A DNA stretch of 64,000 bases from Elusimicrobiota bacterium (GCA_016212855.1 JACRDP010000010.1:42954-106953), one strand, 5' to 3'; counted from the first letter of the stretch, positions 9,744 to 19,488 are shown. A program made the numbers and translations. Notes: generated by a model from the sequence alone, not told the origin.

Positions 9744-11028
9744 CGGCCCACTCCAGCGCGGCCACGGTCCGCGCCGTGGCGCCGCGCAGGCTTTCGGCGG
9801 TCGCGCGCGCGGCGGCGCCGGCCGCGCGGCCCGCGTCCTCGTCCCGGGCGAACTCCTCGAGGCGCGCGGCGAGCTCGGCCGCGTCGCGCACGAGGCGGCC
9901 GCCGCCGCCGTGGGCGGAGAGCAGTTGGGCCGGGCGCTCGATGTGCTCGGTGTGGGGGCCGAACAGGACGGGAACTCCCGCAAGCGCGGGCTCGAGCAGA
10001 TTGTGGCCGCCGACCGGAACGAGAGTTCCGCCGACGAAGGCGGCGCGCGCCAGCGCGTAAAAGCCGGGCAGCACTCCCATCTCGTCGAGGAGCAAAGCGT
10101 CTGCGCGCGCGGCGGAGCCGGCGCTCCAGCGGGCGACCTTGAGCCCGGCGCGGGACAGGAGGTCGGCGGCGTCGGCGGCGCGCTCCAGATGCCGCGGGGC
10201 GAGGACCAGTCGCAGTTCGGGAACCTTGCGGCGCGCGGCGAGGAAGGCGGCGAGGACCATCTCTTCCTCAAAAGGATGGGTGCTCCCGGTGACGAACAGC
10301 GGGGCGCCGCTCCAGCCGAGGGCGCGCGCCCGCTCGCGCGCCTCGGAGGCGGGGGCGTCCGCGAGGGCCTGATCGTATTTGGTGTTGCCGGCGACGACGA
10401 GGCGCTCACGCGGCAGGCCCAGCCCCACGAAGCGCTCGCCGTCCTCGGCGCTTTGCGCGGCGACCACGGTCAGGGCGCGCAGGGCCGGCGCCAGGAAGAA
10501 AGAGACGAGCCCGTAGCGCGAGCGGCTGCGCGGCGTCATCCGCGCGTTGATCAGGGCGGGCTTAAGTCCCGCGCGCGAAGCGAGAATCAAAGTCGTCGGC
10601 CACAGTTCGGTTTCAGTGAGGATAAGACGTTTGGGGGCTAAAGCCTCTACAAAACGGGAGACGCACGGCCACGCGTCGAGCGGCGCCAACTGCGCCCAGG
10701 CGACCCACGGCAGCGCGCGCGCCGCGTCGCGCCCCGAGCGCGTCGTCGTGGTGACGACGAGCTGCAGCGAGGTCTTCTCGTGCAGGGCCTTGAGCAGCGG
10801 AGCCAGGCCGGCGACCTCTCCGGCCGAGGCGGCGTGAAACCACCACACGTCGCGCCCGCGCAGCTGCTCGAGCGCCGCCGGGCGGATCGCGCCGAAGCGT
10901 TCGGGAAGCTCCTCGGAAAGGCCGCCGAGTCGGCCGCGCTTGGAGGAGAACACGAAGGAGAGAATCACGCCCAGCGCCGCGAGCGGAGCGAACATGGTTT
11001 CGACGACGAGGAGGAAAAGTGCTCTCAT
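9736..11028 (-). CDS. waaA: 3-deoxy-D-manno-octulosonic acid (Kdo) transferase
   Basis: WFHAASAGEV...ELWPT...FVTGSTHPFEE motifs of KdtA/WaaA. Confidence 0.85.
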   Translation of the reverse strand: MRALFLLVVETMFAPLAALGVILSFVFSSKRGRLGGLSEELPERFGAIRPAALEQLRGRDVWWFHAASAGEVAGLAPLLKALHEKTSLQLVVTTTTRSGRDAARALPWVAWAQLAPLDAWPCVSRFVEALAPKRLILTETELWPTTLILASRAGLKPALINARMTPRSRSRYGLVSFFLAPALRALTVVAAQSAEDGERFVGLGLPRERLVVAGNTKYDQALADAPASEARERARALGWSGAPLFVTGSTHPFEEEMVLAAFLAARRKVPELRLVLAPRHLERAADAADLLSRAGLKVARWSAGSAARADALLLDEMGVLPGFYALARAAFVGGTLVPVGGHNLLEPALAGVPVLFGPHTEHIERPAQLLSAHGGGGRLVRDAAELAARLEEFARDEDAGRAAGAAARATAESLRGATARTVAALEWAGV

Positions 11029-11654
11029 GAGACCAGGCGGTCGGCTTCGTCGGTGAGGCGGTCCATCGCCGCCTTGAGTTCGGCCGCCTTGGACACGAGG
11101 TCGTCGCTCTCGGACACGCGGATGGGCTCGCCGTAGATCACGACGGAGCGGCCGAAGGGGAGAGGCACCTGGAACCGGTCCCAGGCCTTGGCGATCTCGA
11201 TTTTGTTGGACAGGGCGTTGGCGATGGGGATGATGGGCATGCCGGCGAGCTGGGCCACGCGAACGGCGCCTTCCTTGACCTCGCGCGCCGGGCCCCGCGG
11301 GCCGTCGGGGGTGATGCCCACGTCGCGGCCGGCGCGCAGGATCTCGACCATCTCGCGCGCCGCGACCGCGCCGCCGCGGGAGGAGGACCCGCGCACGGCG
11401 CCGATGCGCGAGAGCTCCATCGTGCGCGCGATCATCTCGCCGTCTTTGGACTTGCTGACGAGCACCGCGGCCTCGGCGTCGCGGTGCGACCAGGTGAAGA
11501 ACACCTGACGCTGGTGCCAGAAGGCGTAGATGAAGCGCTGTCCGTCCGCGTGTACTTTTTCGGGGATGTGGGCGCGCAGGACCATTTGGCGCGTGGTCCA
11601 GCCGACGAAGCTCACGTAGGCGTAGACGAGGTAGGGGACGAGCTTGCGGAGCAC
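11025..11654 (-). CDS. DUF374 / lysophospholipid acyltransferase-like protein
   Basis: FWHQRQ...GITPDGPRGP motif region, commonly adjacent to kdtA. Start (GTG at 11654, or a later ATG) is uncertain. Confidence 0.5.
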   Translation of the reverse strand: MLRKLVPYLVYAYVSFVGWTTRQMVLRAHIPEKVHADGQRFIYAFWHQRQVFFTWSHRDAEAAVLVSKSKDGEMIARTMELSRIGAVRGSSSRGGAVAAREMVEILRAGRDVGITPDGPRGPAREVKEGAVRVAQLAGMPIIPIANALSNKIEIAKAWDRFQVPLPFGRSVVIYGEPIRVSESDDLVSKAAELKAAMDRLTDEADRLVS

Positions 11655-12214
11655 TACTTCCGCTTCGCCTTCGACTTCGCGAGCCAGGACTGGCTTACCG
11701 CGAGCGAGGCGGAGGGGGAGAGGCGGCCGCCTTCGAGCGTCACGCCGAGCTTCGCGGCGCCGTCGAGCTTGCGCAGCGCGGCTTCCAGAGCGCCCGAGTC
11801 GGAGAGGGGATTGAGGGGGGAAAGCTCGCAATTGTCCTTCTCGGCTTCGTCGGCGATCAGGCCCGAGGCGAAGCGCACGGCTTCGTCGAGCGCGTGCTCC
11901 TCGAGAATCGGCCACAGGGCCTCGGGAATCGACGCTTCCTTGGCGCGGACGGGCTGCAAGGACTCGCCGAGGGTGGCCAGGATGAGGCTGTAGGCCAGGC
12001 CCGGCATCGGCGAGAGAATCGGTTGGTCGGCGTCGGGGTGGCCGAAGGTGTCGAACAGGACTCCGGGAATAAGGGCCTTGCTCGTGCGTTCTAAGAACTT
12101 GGCGAGCGGCAGCTCGCCAAGACCCGCGGCCTCGAGATCGATCTTGGCCTTTTTCGAGCGCTGTTTGACGACGTGCGCCCGCAGGCTCAGCTTGAAGCCC
12201 TTGATCTTTCTCAC
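11654..12214 (-). CDS. hypothetical protein
   Basis: 186-aa ORF in an operon context between secF and the DUF374 gene. No recognisable motif. Confidence 0.4.
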   Translation of the reverse strand: MRKIKGFKLSLRAHVVKQRSKKAKIDLEAAGLGELPLAKFLERTSKALIPGVLFDTFGHPDADQPILSPMPGLAYSLILATLGESLQPVRAKEASIPEALWPILEEHALDEAVRFASGLIADEAEKDNCELSPLNPLSDSGALEAALRKLDGAAKLGVTLEGGRLSPSASLAVSQSWLAKSKAKRK

Positions 12215-13188
12215 CGGCGTCGGCGGCCTTCCTTGACGGCGATGGACGACGGCGCGGCGGGCTCAGACGAAACGTGCATGCCCCGCTTGCCGCCGAAGCG
12301 CAGGCGGTATTCGTAGACGAGGGGCGCGGCGACCGCGATCGAGGAGTACGTCCCGAGCAGGTTGCCGACGACCATCGCCAGCGCGAAGTTGTGCAGGACA
12401 GGGCCGCCGAAGAACAGGATCGTCATGCTGACGATCTGGACGGTGAGCACGGTGATGACCGTGCGCGACAGGGTCTCGTTGATCGAGGAGTCGATGAGCA
12501 GGCGCAGGTCCATGCCGCGTTCGTTGCGCAGCTTCTCGCGCATCCTGTCGAATACGACGATCGAGTCGGAGATCGAGTAGCCGGCGATGGTCAGCAGCGC
12601 CGTCACGATCAGGAGGTCCATGGGCAGCTGCAGGGCCGAGAACAGCCCGGCCACGCCGATGACGTCGTGGAACAGGGCGACGACGCCCGCGATGCTCCAG
12701 ATCGGGTTGTCGAAGCGGTAGGCGACGTAGATCAGGATGCCGAACAGGCTCAGCACGATCGCCCAGACCGTGCGTCCGCGCAGGTCCTTGCCGACGACGG
12801 GACCGATGACGTCCTTGCGGTCGATGGTGGCCTCGGTCGCGGGGAACGCCTTCTTGAGGGAGGCCAGCGCGTCGTTGGCGAACTTCGTGGCCGCCGCGTC
12901 GTCGCTGGCCTGCTCGCGCAGGATGAAGGTGGGCCGGGCGCCCTCGACGGATTGGATTTCCGTCTTAAGCCCGTCGTTCTCGAGAGCCTTGCGCACGCCG
13001 TCGACATGGACGGTCGCGCCGGCCGGGAAACTGAGCTGAATCAGAGTGCCGCCCGTGAACTCGATGGAGTAGTTGAAGCCCTTGGTCGCGATCGAGAAAA
13101 GGCTCAGGACCATGACGACGATGGAGAACCCGATCGGAATCCAGCGGTTGCCGATCCAGTCGATTGACGGCTTCTTAAAAAGTTCCAT
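12211..13188 (-). CDS. secF: protein translocase subunit SecF
   Basis: SIEFTGGTLIQL...typical SecF TM architecture. Confidence 0.9.
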   Translation of the reverse strand: MELFKKPSIDWIGNRWIPIGFSIVVMVLSLFSIATKGFNYSIEFTGGTLIQLSFPAGATVHVDGVRKALENDGLKTEIQSVEGARPTFILREQASDDAAATKFANDALASLKKAFPATEATIDRKDVIGPVVGKDLRGRTVWAIVLSLFGILIYVAYRFDNPIWSIAGVVALFHDVIGVAGLFSALQLPMDLLIVTALLTIAGYSISDSIVVFDRMREKLRNERGMDLRLLIDSSINETLSRTVITVLTVQIVSMTILFFGGPVLHNFALAMVVGNLLGTYSSIAVAAPLVYEYRLRFGGKRGMHVSSEPAAPSSIAVKEGRRRR

Positions 13189-14600
13189 TAGATCGAGAGC
13201 TCCTCAACGTCGTTGGTCGACAAGTAGTAGTCGAAGATCATGCGCGTGATCACGATCGCGGTGAACAGCGAGAGGATCAGGCCGATGGTCAACGTCACGG
13301 CGAAGCCCTTGATGGGGCCGGTGCCGAACTGGAACAGGAACGCGGCGGAGATCAGCGAGGTCACGTGCGTGTCGATGATCGCCGAGAACGCGTGGTCGTA
13401 ACCCAGGGCCAACGCCAACTTGACCGGCTTGCCCAGCCGCATCTCCTCGCGGATGCGCTCGAAGATCAGCACGTTCGCGTCGACGGCCATGGCGAGCGAG
13501 AGGATGATGCCCGCCAGGCCCGGCAAGGTCAGAGTGGACTTGAGGTAGGCCATCGTCGCCAGGAGCAGGAGAAGGTTCATGCCCAGCGCGATGATCGCGA
13601 CGAAGCCGGAGGCGCGGTAGTACACGAGCATGAACAGGACGACGAGCAGGAACCCGATCGCGCTCGAGCGGAAGCCGTCCTTGATCGAGTCCTCGCCGAC
13701 CGTGGGGCCGACGACGCGTTCCTCGATGACCTTGACGGGGGCCGGAAGGGCGCCGGCGCGCAGCACGATCGCGAGCGACTTGGCGTCCTCGGAGGTGAAC
13801 TGGCCCTCGATGATGCCCGAGCCGCCGCCGATGCGGCCTTTGATGACCGGCGCGGAGAACACGGAGTCGTCGAGGATGATCGCCATGTGCTTGCCGACGT
13901 TGGCCGCGGTCAGGGCCGAGAACTTGCCGGCGGCCTCGGGCTTGAACTTGAACGCCACGACGGGCATGCCGTACTCGCCGCCGGTCTCGACCTTCGCGGT
14001 GTCGAGCGAGGCGCCGGTGAGGGGGACTTCCTTCTGCAGAAGGTACATCGCGCTGTCCTTGCCGCGGAAGAGCTGCAGGCCTTCGGGGACGAGCTTGGCC
14101 GCGGCCGTCGACGGGACGACGCCGTTGAAGGGGTTGCCGAGCTCGAGGATCTTGTTCATCGCCGTGCGCGAACGCTCGGAGTCGTCCACCATGCGGAACT
14201 CGAGTTGGGCGGTCTTGCCCACGAGCTCCTTGGCGTGCTGCGAGTCGGTGACGCCGGGCAGCTGGACGACGATCCAGCGCGTGCCCTGCTGCACGATCAG
14301 CGGCTCGGCCACGCCGAACTGGTCGATGCGGTTGCGGATGATCTCGATGGCCTGCTGCATGGCCTCGCGCAGGGGGGTCTTGGGGTCGAGCTTATCGACC
14401 TGGAGCTCCATGACCATGTGGGTCCCGCCCTTGAGGTCGAGACCGAGGTTGACGAGCCAGCGCGGACGCTCGCGCAGAGCTTCGAGCTTGGCGCGCTCGA
14501 CGGGATCGAGCTGATACCAGTTGATCGACGGATACAGCAGGAAGACGGAGCCGACGATCAGGGCGAGCAGGCCCAACCACTTGGTTTGAGTCTTGGTCAT
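13188..14600 (-). CDS. secD: protein translocase subunit SecD
   Basis: LGLDLKGGTHMVMEL...SecD signature. Adjacent secF. Confidence 0.9.
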   Translation of the reverse strand: MTKTQTKWLGLLALIVGSVFLLYPSINWYQLDPVERAKLEALRERPRWLVNLGLDLKGGTHMVMELQVDKLDPKTPLREAMQQAIEIIRNRIDQFGVAEPLIVQQGTRWIVVQLPGVTDSQHAKELVGKTAQLEFRMVDDSERSRTAMNKILELGNPFNGVVPSTAAAKLVPEGLQLFRGKDSAMYLLQKEVPLTGASLDTAKVETGGEYGMPVVAFKFKPEAAGKFSALTAANVGKHMAIILDDSVFSAPVIKGRIGGGSGIIEGQFTSEDAKSLAIVLRAGALPAPVKVIEERVVGPTVGEDSIKDGFRSSAIGFLLVVLFMLVYYRASGFVAIIALGMNLLLLLATMAYLKSTLTLPGLAGIILSLAMAVDANVLIFERIREEMRLGKPVKLALALGYDHAFSAIIDTHVTSLISAAFLFQFGTGPIKGFAVTLTIGLILSLFTAIVITRMIFDYYLSTNDVEELSI

Positions 14601-14622
14601 GGCGATTCGATCCTTTTTCGGC

Positions 14623-14931
14623 TTAGGCGACGATCTTGACGCCGGCGCGCGGCGCGGCGACGGGCGCGACGAGGCTCGCGACGGCCGAGCGAGCGAGCGT
14701 GAGCTTCACGGTCTGGGAGAACTGGACCTCGAGGTCGTCGCCTTTAAAGCCGACGATGGTGCCGTACAGGCCGCCCGTGGTCAGGATCTTGTCGCCGGCC
14801 TCGAGGGACTTGAGCATGAGCTCCTGCTCCTTCTGAGCCTTCTGCTGGGGGCGGATAAGCAGGAAATAGAAGATCGCGAAAATGGCGGCGATCGGGGCGA
14901 GGTTGATGAGCGGATTGACAGTGGGCTGCAT
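14623..14931 (-). CDS. yajC: preprotein translocase subunit YajC
   Basis: Single TM then GDKILTTGGLYGTIV motif. Upstream of secD. Confidence 0.8.
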   Translation of the reverse strand: MQPTVNPLINLAPIAAIFAIFYFLLIRPQQKAQKEQELMLKSLEAGDKILTTGGLYGTIVGFKGDDLEVQFSQTVKLTLARSAVASLVAPVAAPRAGVKIVA

Positions 14932-14971
14932 GCGTCCTCCTTAAAGCGTGTCAAATCCTAGCAATTTTCCC

Positions 14972-15007
14972 GTCAAATGAGAAAGGCCGCGGGATCGCTC
15001 CCGCGGC
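14972..15007 (-). terminator. intrinsic terminator downstream of the peroxiredoxin operon
   Basis: GGCCGCGGGA-TCGC-TCCCGCGGCC 10-bp stem followed on the minus strand by TTTCTCATTT. Confidence 0.45.
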
Positions 15008-15062
15008 CTCGCCAGGTGGACGACCGCGCCATAAGGCGCGGAAGTGCCGCCTCCGCACGCCG

Positions 15063-15653
15063 TTAGATGGCGGCGAAGTATTCCTTGGACTTGACCGGAT
15101 CTGCCTTCATGGTCTTCTTGCCCTCGGACCAGTTGGCGGGGCAGACCTCGCCGGTCTTCTCGACCTGCTGGAAGGCCTTGAGCACGCGCAAGGTCTCCTC
15201 GACGGAGCGGCCGACCGCGAGGTCGTGCACGACCGAGTAGGCGACCTTGCCCTTCGGGTTGATCAGGAAGAGGCCGCGCAGCGCCACCGCGTCGTTGATC
15301 AGCACGCCGTAGGAGCGGGCGATGCTCTTGGTGATGTCGGCGAGCAGGGGGTACTTGATCTCGCCGAGGCCGCCTTCCTTGCGGGACAGGTTCGTCCAAG
15401 CGAGGTGGGAGAACTGGCTGTCCACCGAGCAGCCCAGGATCTCGCAGCCGAGCTTCTTGAACTCGGCGGCGTGATCGGAGAACGCGACGATCTCGGTCGG
15501 GCAGACGAAGGTGAAGTCGAGCGGGTAGAAGAACAGCGCGACCCACTTGCCTTTATAGTCGGCGAGCTGGATCTCCTTGAACGATTTTCCGACGAGCGCC
15601 TGGGCTTTGAAGTCCGGCGCGTCCTTCTGAACGAGAGTATCGGCCATGGTCAT
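15063..15653 (-). CDS. typical 2-Cys peroxiredoxin (AhpC/Tsa family)
   Basis: FTFVCPTE peroxidatic Cys motif and EVCPANW resolving Cys. AGGAG RBS 5 nt upstream of the MTMADT start. ATGA overlap with the upstream regulator. Confidence 0.85.
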   Translation of the reverse strand: MTMADTLVQKDAPDFKAQALVGKSFKEIQLADYKGKWVALFFYPLDFTFVCPTEIVAFSDHAAEFKKLGCEILGCSVDSQFSHLAWTNLSRKEGGLGEIKYPLLADITKSIARSYGVLINDAVALRGLFLINPKGKVAYSVVHDLAVGRSVEETLRVLKAFQQVEKTGEVCPANWSEGKKTMKADPVKSKEYFAAI

Positions 15654-16072
15654 TTCTCCTTTGTGCATTTTTGGCAAAGCCCGTGAAAATGGACGGAATG
15701 CCCCGAAATCTTGAAGCCGGCCGCCTTCGGCGCCGGAATGGCGTCGAGCCGCGGATCGAACAGATCGGCGATCTTCCCGCAAACCGTGCAGACCGCGTGA
15801 TGATGAGTTTTGACGATCGCGTCGTAGCGTGCCTGAGCGGCGGGGGAATCCACGCGCGCGACGACTCCCAGCTCGTGCAAGGTCTGTAAAGTCTTGTAGA
15901 CGGTCGCCAGCGACAGGCTCGGATACGCCTTCTTCAGCGATGCGTACAAGGACTCGGCGCTGGGATGGTCGTGGCGTCCCGACAGCTCCTCATAGACGGC
16001 CAGGCGCTGATGGGTCAGCGGGACCTTTTTCGCTTTGAAGAGGGCGCGGATCTCGGCCGGTTCCATCATCAT
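15650..16072 (-). CDS. Fur family transcriptional regulator (PerR-like by context)
   Basis: Fur-family HTH plus [10 protein letters not shown]...C..C metal site. Sits between dps and the peroxiredoxin. Confidence 0.8.
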   Translation of the reverse strand: MMMEPAEIRALFKAKKVPLTHQRLAVYEELSGRHDHPSAESLYASLKKAYPSLSLATVYKTLQTLHELGVVARVDSPAAQARYDAIVKTHHHAVCTVCGKIADLFDPRLDAIPAPKAAGFKISGHSVHFHGLCQKCTKEK

Positions 16073-16073
16073 C

Positions 16074-16574
16074 TTAGTTTACGAAACTGCGCAGCATCCA
16101 GGCCATCTTCTCGTGCGTTTTGAGGAGGCCGGTCAGGAAATCCGCCGTCCCGGCGTCACCCAGGCGCGTGCACTCATCGACGTCGGCGCGGAAGGATTTG
16201 ATCAGGGCCGTGTGGTCGGCGAGCAAGGCGGTGACCATCTCTCCCTCGGAGTGGTCCCTGGCCGGGGCCTCGGTCAGGCGCGTCCTAAGGAGGAACTCCT
16301 TCAGGGAGCCCAAGGAGCGTCCTCCCAGCGCACGGGCGCGCTCCGCGGTCTCGTCGACGATCTCATCCAGCGCGGCGTACTGCTCCTCGAAGAACTTATG
16401 CATCGCGCTGAAGTGGAAGCCCGTGACGTTCCAATGGAAGTTGCGGGTCTTGGCGCTCAGGACGACTTCGTCGGCGAGGGCCCGATCCAGAATGGCGAGG
16501 ATCGCGGTCCGGGAGCCTTCCGTGAGGCCGACGTCGGCGGTCTTGGACGGGTTCTGCGCGGTGGCGGTGCTCAT
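16074..16574 (-). CDS. dps: Dps (DNA-binding ferritin-like protein)
   Basis: Dps ferroxidase-site region (HWNVTGFHF...FEEQYAALDE...). Confidence 0.85.
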   Translation of the reverse strand: MSTATAQNPSKTADVGLTEGSRTAILAILDRALADEVVLSAKTRNFHWNVTGFHFSAMHKFFEEQYAALDEIVDETAERARALGGRSLGSLKEFLLRTRLTEAPARDHSEGEMVTALLADHTALIKSFRADVDECTRLGDAGTADFLTGLLKTHEKMAWMLRSFVN

Positions 16575-16582
16575 GTGAGCCT

Positions 16583-16652
16583 CCTGTTAAATTTATTAGT
16601 CGATAACTATTATCGACTAATAAATAATAACAGACGGCCCGCGGAAAGTCAA
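16583..16652 (-). promoter_or_regulatory. dps operon promoter with 31-bp palindromic Fur-family (PerR-type) operator
   Basis: On the minus strand: TTGACT - 17 nt - TATTAT. Then the palindrome TTATTAGTCGATA-ACTAT-TATCGACTAATAA (16593..16623) overlaps the -10/TSS. Then AGGAGG 5 nt before the ATG. Confidence 0.55.
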
Positions 16653-17143
16653 GGGGTCTCGCCGCCGTCGGCGAGCAGCCCGGTCGCCTTCGCGCCTTTG
16701 GGCCAGGGGAAGCACTCCGACTCAGCGGGCAGGACCGCGGTTTTCTTCCGGCCGCCCTCCTTCCATTCGATCCGGTAGGCGGGGGCGGGGCCGGAGCTCT
16801 TCCAGTGGGGATCGGAGTGGAAGCTCGACTTCAGTTCGGGGTGGCCGGCGTCGCCGTCGACGCGGAAATCGGTGTCCGCCCCGGCGACGACGGTCAGGGA
16901 GTATACGTTCCAGACGGGGCCGCGCCAAAGCCTTTGCAGGCTGAACGGCAGCGGATGCCCATTGGACTCGCGCACGGTCAGGGACGGAGCGCTGTCGGCC
17001 TTGCCGCGCGGCCAGAACAGTATCACGCGTGCGATGGGGGGGACGATCTCCGGGCCTCCGGCGACGAAGGGGCGGCTCGGGCAGTCGGCCGCCGGCGCGG
17101 CAAGAGGGACGAGCAGGAGAACGGCCGCGAGTAAGCTCTTCAT
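16649..17143 (-). CDS. hypothetical secreted protein
   Basis: MKSLLAAVLLLVPLAAPAADC signal peptide, 164 aa. Downstream of the hppA terminator. The rest of the 606-aa called ORF is an alternate frame of hppA. Confidence 0.45.
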   Translation of the reverse strand: MKSLLAAVLLLVPLAAPAADCPSRPFVAGGPEIVPPIARVILFWPRGKADSAPSLTVRESNGHPLPFSLQRLWRGPVWNVYSLTVVAGADTDFRVDGDAGHPELKSSFHSDPHWKSSGPAPAYRIEWKEGGRKKTAVLPAESECFPWPKGAKATGLLADGGETP

Positions 17144-17156
17144 GCTCTGAGTATAG

Positions 17157-17191
17157 AAAAAAAGCCGCCCGGTCCTTTCGGACCGGGCGGC
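17157..17191 (-). terminator. intrinsic terminator of hppA
   Basis: GCCGCCCGGTCC-TTTC-GGACCGGGCGGC perfect 12-bp stem followed on the minus strand by TTTTTTT. Confidence 0.65.
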
Positions 17192-17205
17192 GCGTTCGCC
17201 GTCCC

Positions 17206-19371
17206 TTAGATGAAGAGGGGGGCGAGGACGAGGGTGATCGTGGCCAGCAGCTTGATGAGGACGTGCAGCGAGGGGCCCGCGGTGTCCTTGAAGGGGTCGC
17301 CCACGGTGTCGCCGACGACGGCGGCTTTGTGCGCGTCCGACTTCTTGCCGCCGTGCGTGCCCATCTCGATGTACTTCTTCGCGTTGTCCCAGGCGCCGCC
17401 GGCGTTGTTGAAGAACAGCGCCATCAGAATGCCCGCGATCGTGCCGACCATCAGCAGCGCCGCCACGGACTCGGCCGCGATGGTCTTCTGCGCCTCGGTG
17501 ATGAAGCCGCGCATGAGCAGGCCGAATACGATCGGCGTGAACACGGCGAGCACGCCGGGCCAGACCATCGCCTTCAGCGCGCCGAGCGTGACGATGTCCA
17601 CGCACTGGCCGTAGTCCGGCTCCTCGGTGCCCTTCATGATGCCCGGGCGCTCCTTGAACTGGCGGCGGACCTCGGTGATGACGGTCTGCGCGCAGGTGCC
17701 GACCGCGCGGATCGCCATCGCTGAGAAGAGGAACACGAGCATCGCGCCGATCATCGCGCCGACGAAGACCTCGGGCTTGCTGAGATCGACGCCGATGCGG
17801 ATGCCGGTGTAGTTGAAGATCTCGTCGAGGTAGGCGGAGAACAGCAGGAAGGCCGCGAGCGCGGCGGAGCCGATCGCGTAGCCCTTCGTGAGCGCCTTCG
17901 TGGTGTTGCCGACCGCGTCGAGGCGGTCCGTCTTCTTGCGGATTTCCTCGGGCTGGTGGGACATCTCGACGATGCCGCCCGCGTTGTCCGTGATCGGACC
18001 GAAGGTGTCCATCGCGAGGATGTACGCGGCGGTACCGAGCATGCCCATCGTGGCGACCGCGGTGCCGAACAGGCCGCCGGTGAGGCCGGCCGCCGGTCCG
18101 AGCGCCATGACTCCGAGCTTGAAGGAGGACAGGATCGCGACCGAGATCACGATGATCGGAACGGCCGTGCACTCGAGGCCGACGGCGATGCCGGCGATGA
18201 TGTTCGTGGCGGGGCCGGTCTTCGAGGCGTCCGCGATCTCGAGCACGGGGCGGTACTTGTACTCGGTGTAGTACTGCGTGATGTACACGAAGGCCTGCGC
18301 GGTCAGGATGCCGATAAATCCGCAGGTCGTGTAGTAGATCCACGCGTTGGGCGCCGCCGGCGAGCGGAGCATCCACCACGCCGCGCCGGCGAAGCCGAGG
18401 GCGGAGAGGAAAGAGGTCAGGTAGTAGCCGATGTTGAGAGCGTCCATCGGATCCTCGTGCTCCTCGCACTGCACGACGAGCACGCCGCAGATCGACGCCA
18501 GGATGCCGAGCGCGCGGGCGACGAGGGGGAACACGACGCCCTTCCAGCCGAAGTAGGGGATCAGGCCGACGCCGAGGATCATGGCGCCGATGTTCTCGGC
18601 GGCCGTGGATTCGAAGAGGTCGGCGCCGCGGCCGGCGCAGTCGCCGACGTTGTCGCCGACGAGGTCGGCGATGACGGCGGGGTTGCGGGGGTCGTCTTCG
18701 GGGATGCCGGCTTCGACCTTGCCGACGAGGTCCGCGCCGACGTCGGCGGCCTTGGTGTAGATGCCGCCGCCGAGCTGAGAGAACAGCGCGACGAAGGAGG
18801 CGCCGAAGCCGTAGCCGACGATCATGAACGGGATCTTCTCATAAGGGAAGCCCAGGAGTTTGAGGATGATGAACAGGCCGCCGACGCCGATGAGCGACAT
18901 CGCGCAGACGAACAGGCCGGCCACCGCGCCGCCGCGCAGGGCGATGCGCAGCGCGTCGTTGAGGCTGGTCCGCGCCGCGGACGCCGTGCGGATGTTGGTA
19001 CGAATCGAGACCCACATGCCGATGTAGCCGGCGATGAGCGAGCAGGCCGCGCCGGCGATGAAGGAGGCGGTAGTGCACAGCGCCAGCGCCATGGGGGCCG
19101 CCGGGTCGTGTTCGTTGTGCTTGCGCACGAAGGCGTAGAGGACGAAGATCACCACGGCGAGGACGCCGGACAGCGAGATGATCGTGTAGTTCTGGCGACG
19201 GAGGTAGGCTTCGGCTCCGGCCTTGATGGCGTCGGAGATCTTGCGCATCGCGTCGGTGCCGGTGTCCTTGGCCATGACCCAGTTGATGAGCCAGAAGGCG
19301 ACGGCGAGCGACAAGAGAGAAATTCCCATCACGATCACGAACGGGAATTTCATGCTTTGGGTGAAGTCCAT
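17206..19371 (-). CDS. hppA: membrane-bound proton-translocating pyrophosphatase
   Basis: 721 aa, about 16 TM segments. GGG(I)YTKAADVGADLVGKVE and DNVGDNVGD H+-PPase signatures. Confidence 0.9.
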   Translation of the reverse strand: MDFTQSMKFPFVIVMGISLLSLAVAFWLINWVMAKDTGTDAMRKISDAIKAGAEAYLRRQNYTIISLSGVLAVVIFVLYAFVRKHNEHDPAAPMALALCTTASFIAGAACSLIAGYIGMWVSIRTNIRTASAARTSLNDALRIALRGGAVAGLFVCAMSLIGVGGLFIILKLLGFPYEKIPFMIVGYGFGASFVALFSQLGGGIYTKAADVGADLVGKVEAGIPEDDPRNPAVIADLVGDNVGDCAGRGADLFESTAAENIGAMILGVGLIPYFGWKGVVFPLVARALGILASICGVLVVQCEEHEDPMDALNIGYYLTSFLSALGFAGAAWWMLRSPAAPNAWIYYTTCGFIGILTAQAFVYITQYYTEYKYRPVLEIADASKTGPATNIIAGIAVGLECTAVPIIVISVAILSSFKLGVMALGPAAGLTGGLFGTAVATMGMLGTAAYILAMDTFGPITDNAGGIVEMSHQPEEIRKKTDRLDAVGNTTKALTKGYAIGSAALAAFLLFSAYLDEIFNYTGIRIGVDLSKPEVFVGAMIGAMLVFLFSAMAIRAVGTCAQTVITEVRRQFKERPGIMKGTEEPDYGQCVDIVTLGALKAMVWPGVLAVFTPIVFGLLMRGFITEAQKTIAAESVAALLMVGTIAGILMALFFNNAGGAWDNAKKYIEMGTHGGKKSDAHKAAVVGDTVGDPFKDTAGPSLHVLIKLLATITLVLAPLFI

Positions 19372-19434
19372 TCAAGTCCTCCGCGGATGTGGTGAGCGTC
19401 CAGTGCTATCTGGCGCCATATTTGACCGGAGAGG

Positions 19435-19463
19435 ATTATACGGAAGTGCGTCGCGATGGTCAA
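19435..19463 (-). promoter_or_regulatory. sigma70-type promoter of hppA
   Basis: Minus strand TTGACC - 17 nt - TATAAT, about 60 nt upstream of the hppA ATG. Confidence 0.5.
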
Positions 19464-19488
19464 GAGAAAGCGGCTAATTCGCCGTTTA

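Noticed and set aside
9514-10641. 375-aa plus-strand ORF
   Set aside because: Antisense to waaA.
13365-14639. 424-aa plus-strand ORF
   Set aside because: Antisense to secD.
16649-18469. 606-aa R/H-rich minus-strand ORF, and the 17956..19395 plus ORF
   Set aside because: Alternate frames of hppA. Only the C-terminal 164 aa (16649..17143), which follow the hppA terminator and begin with a signal peptide, are retained.
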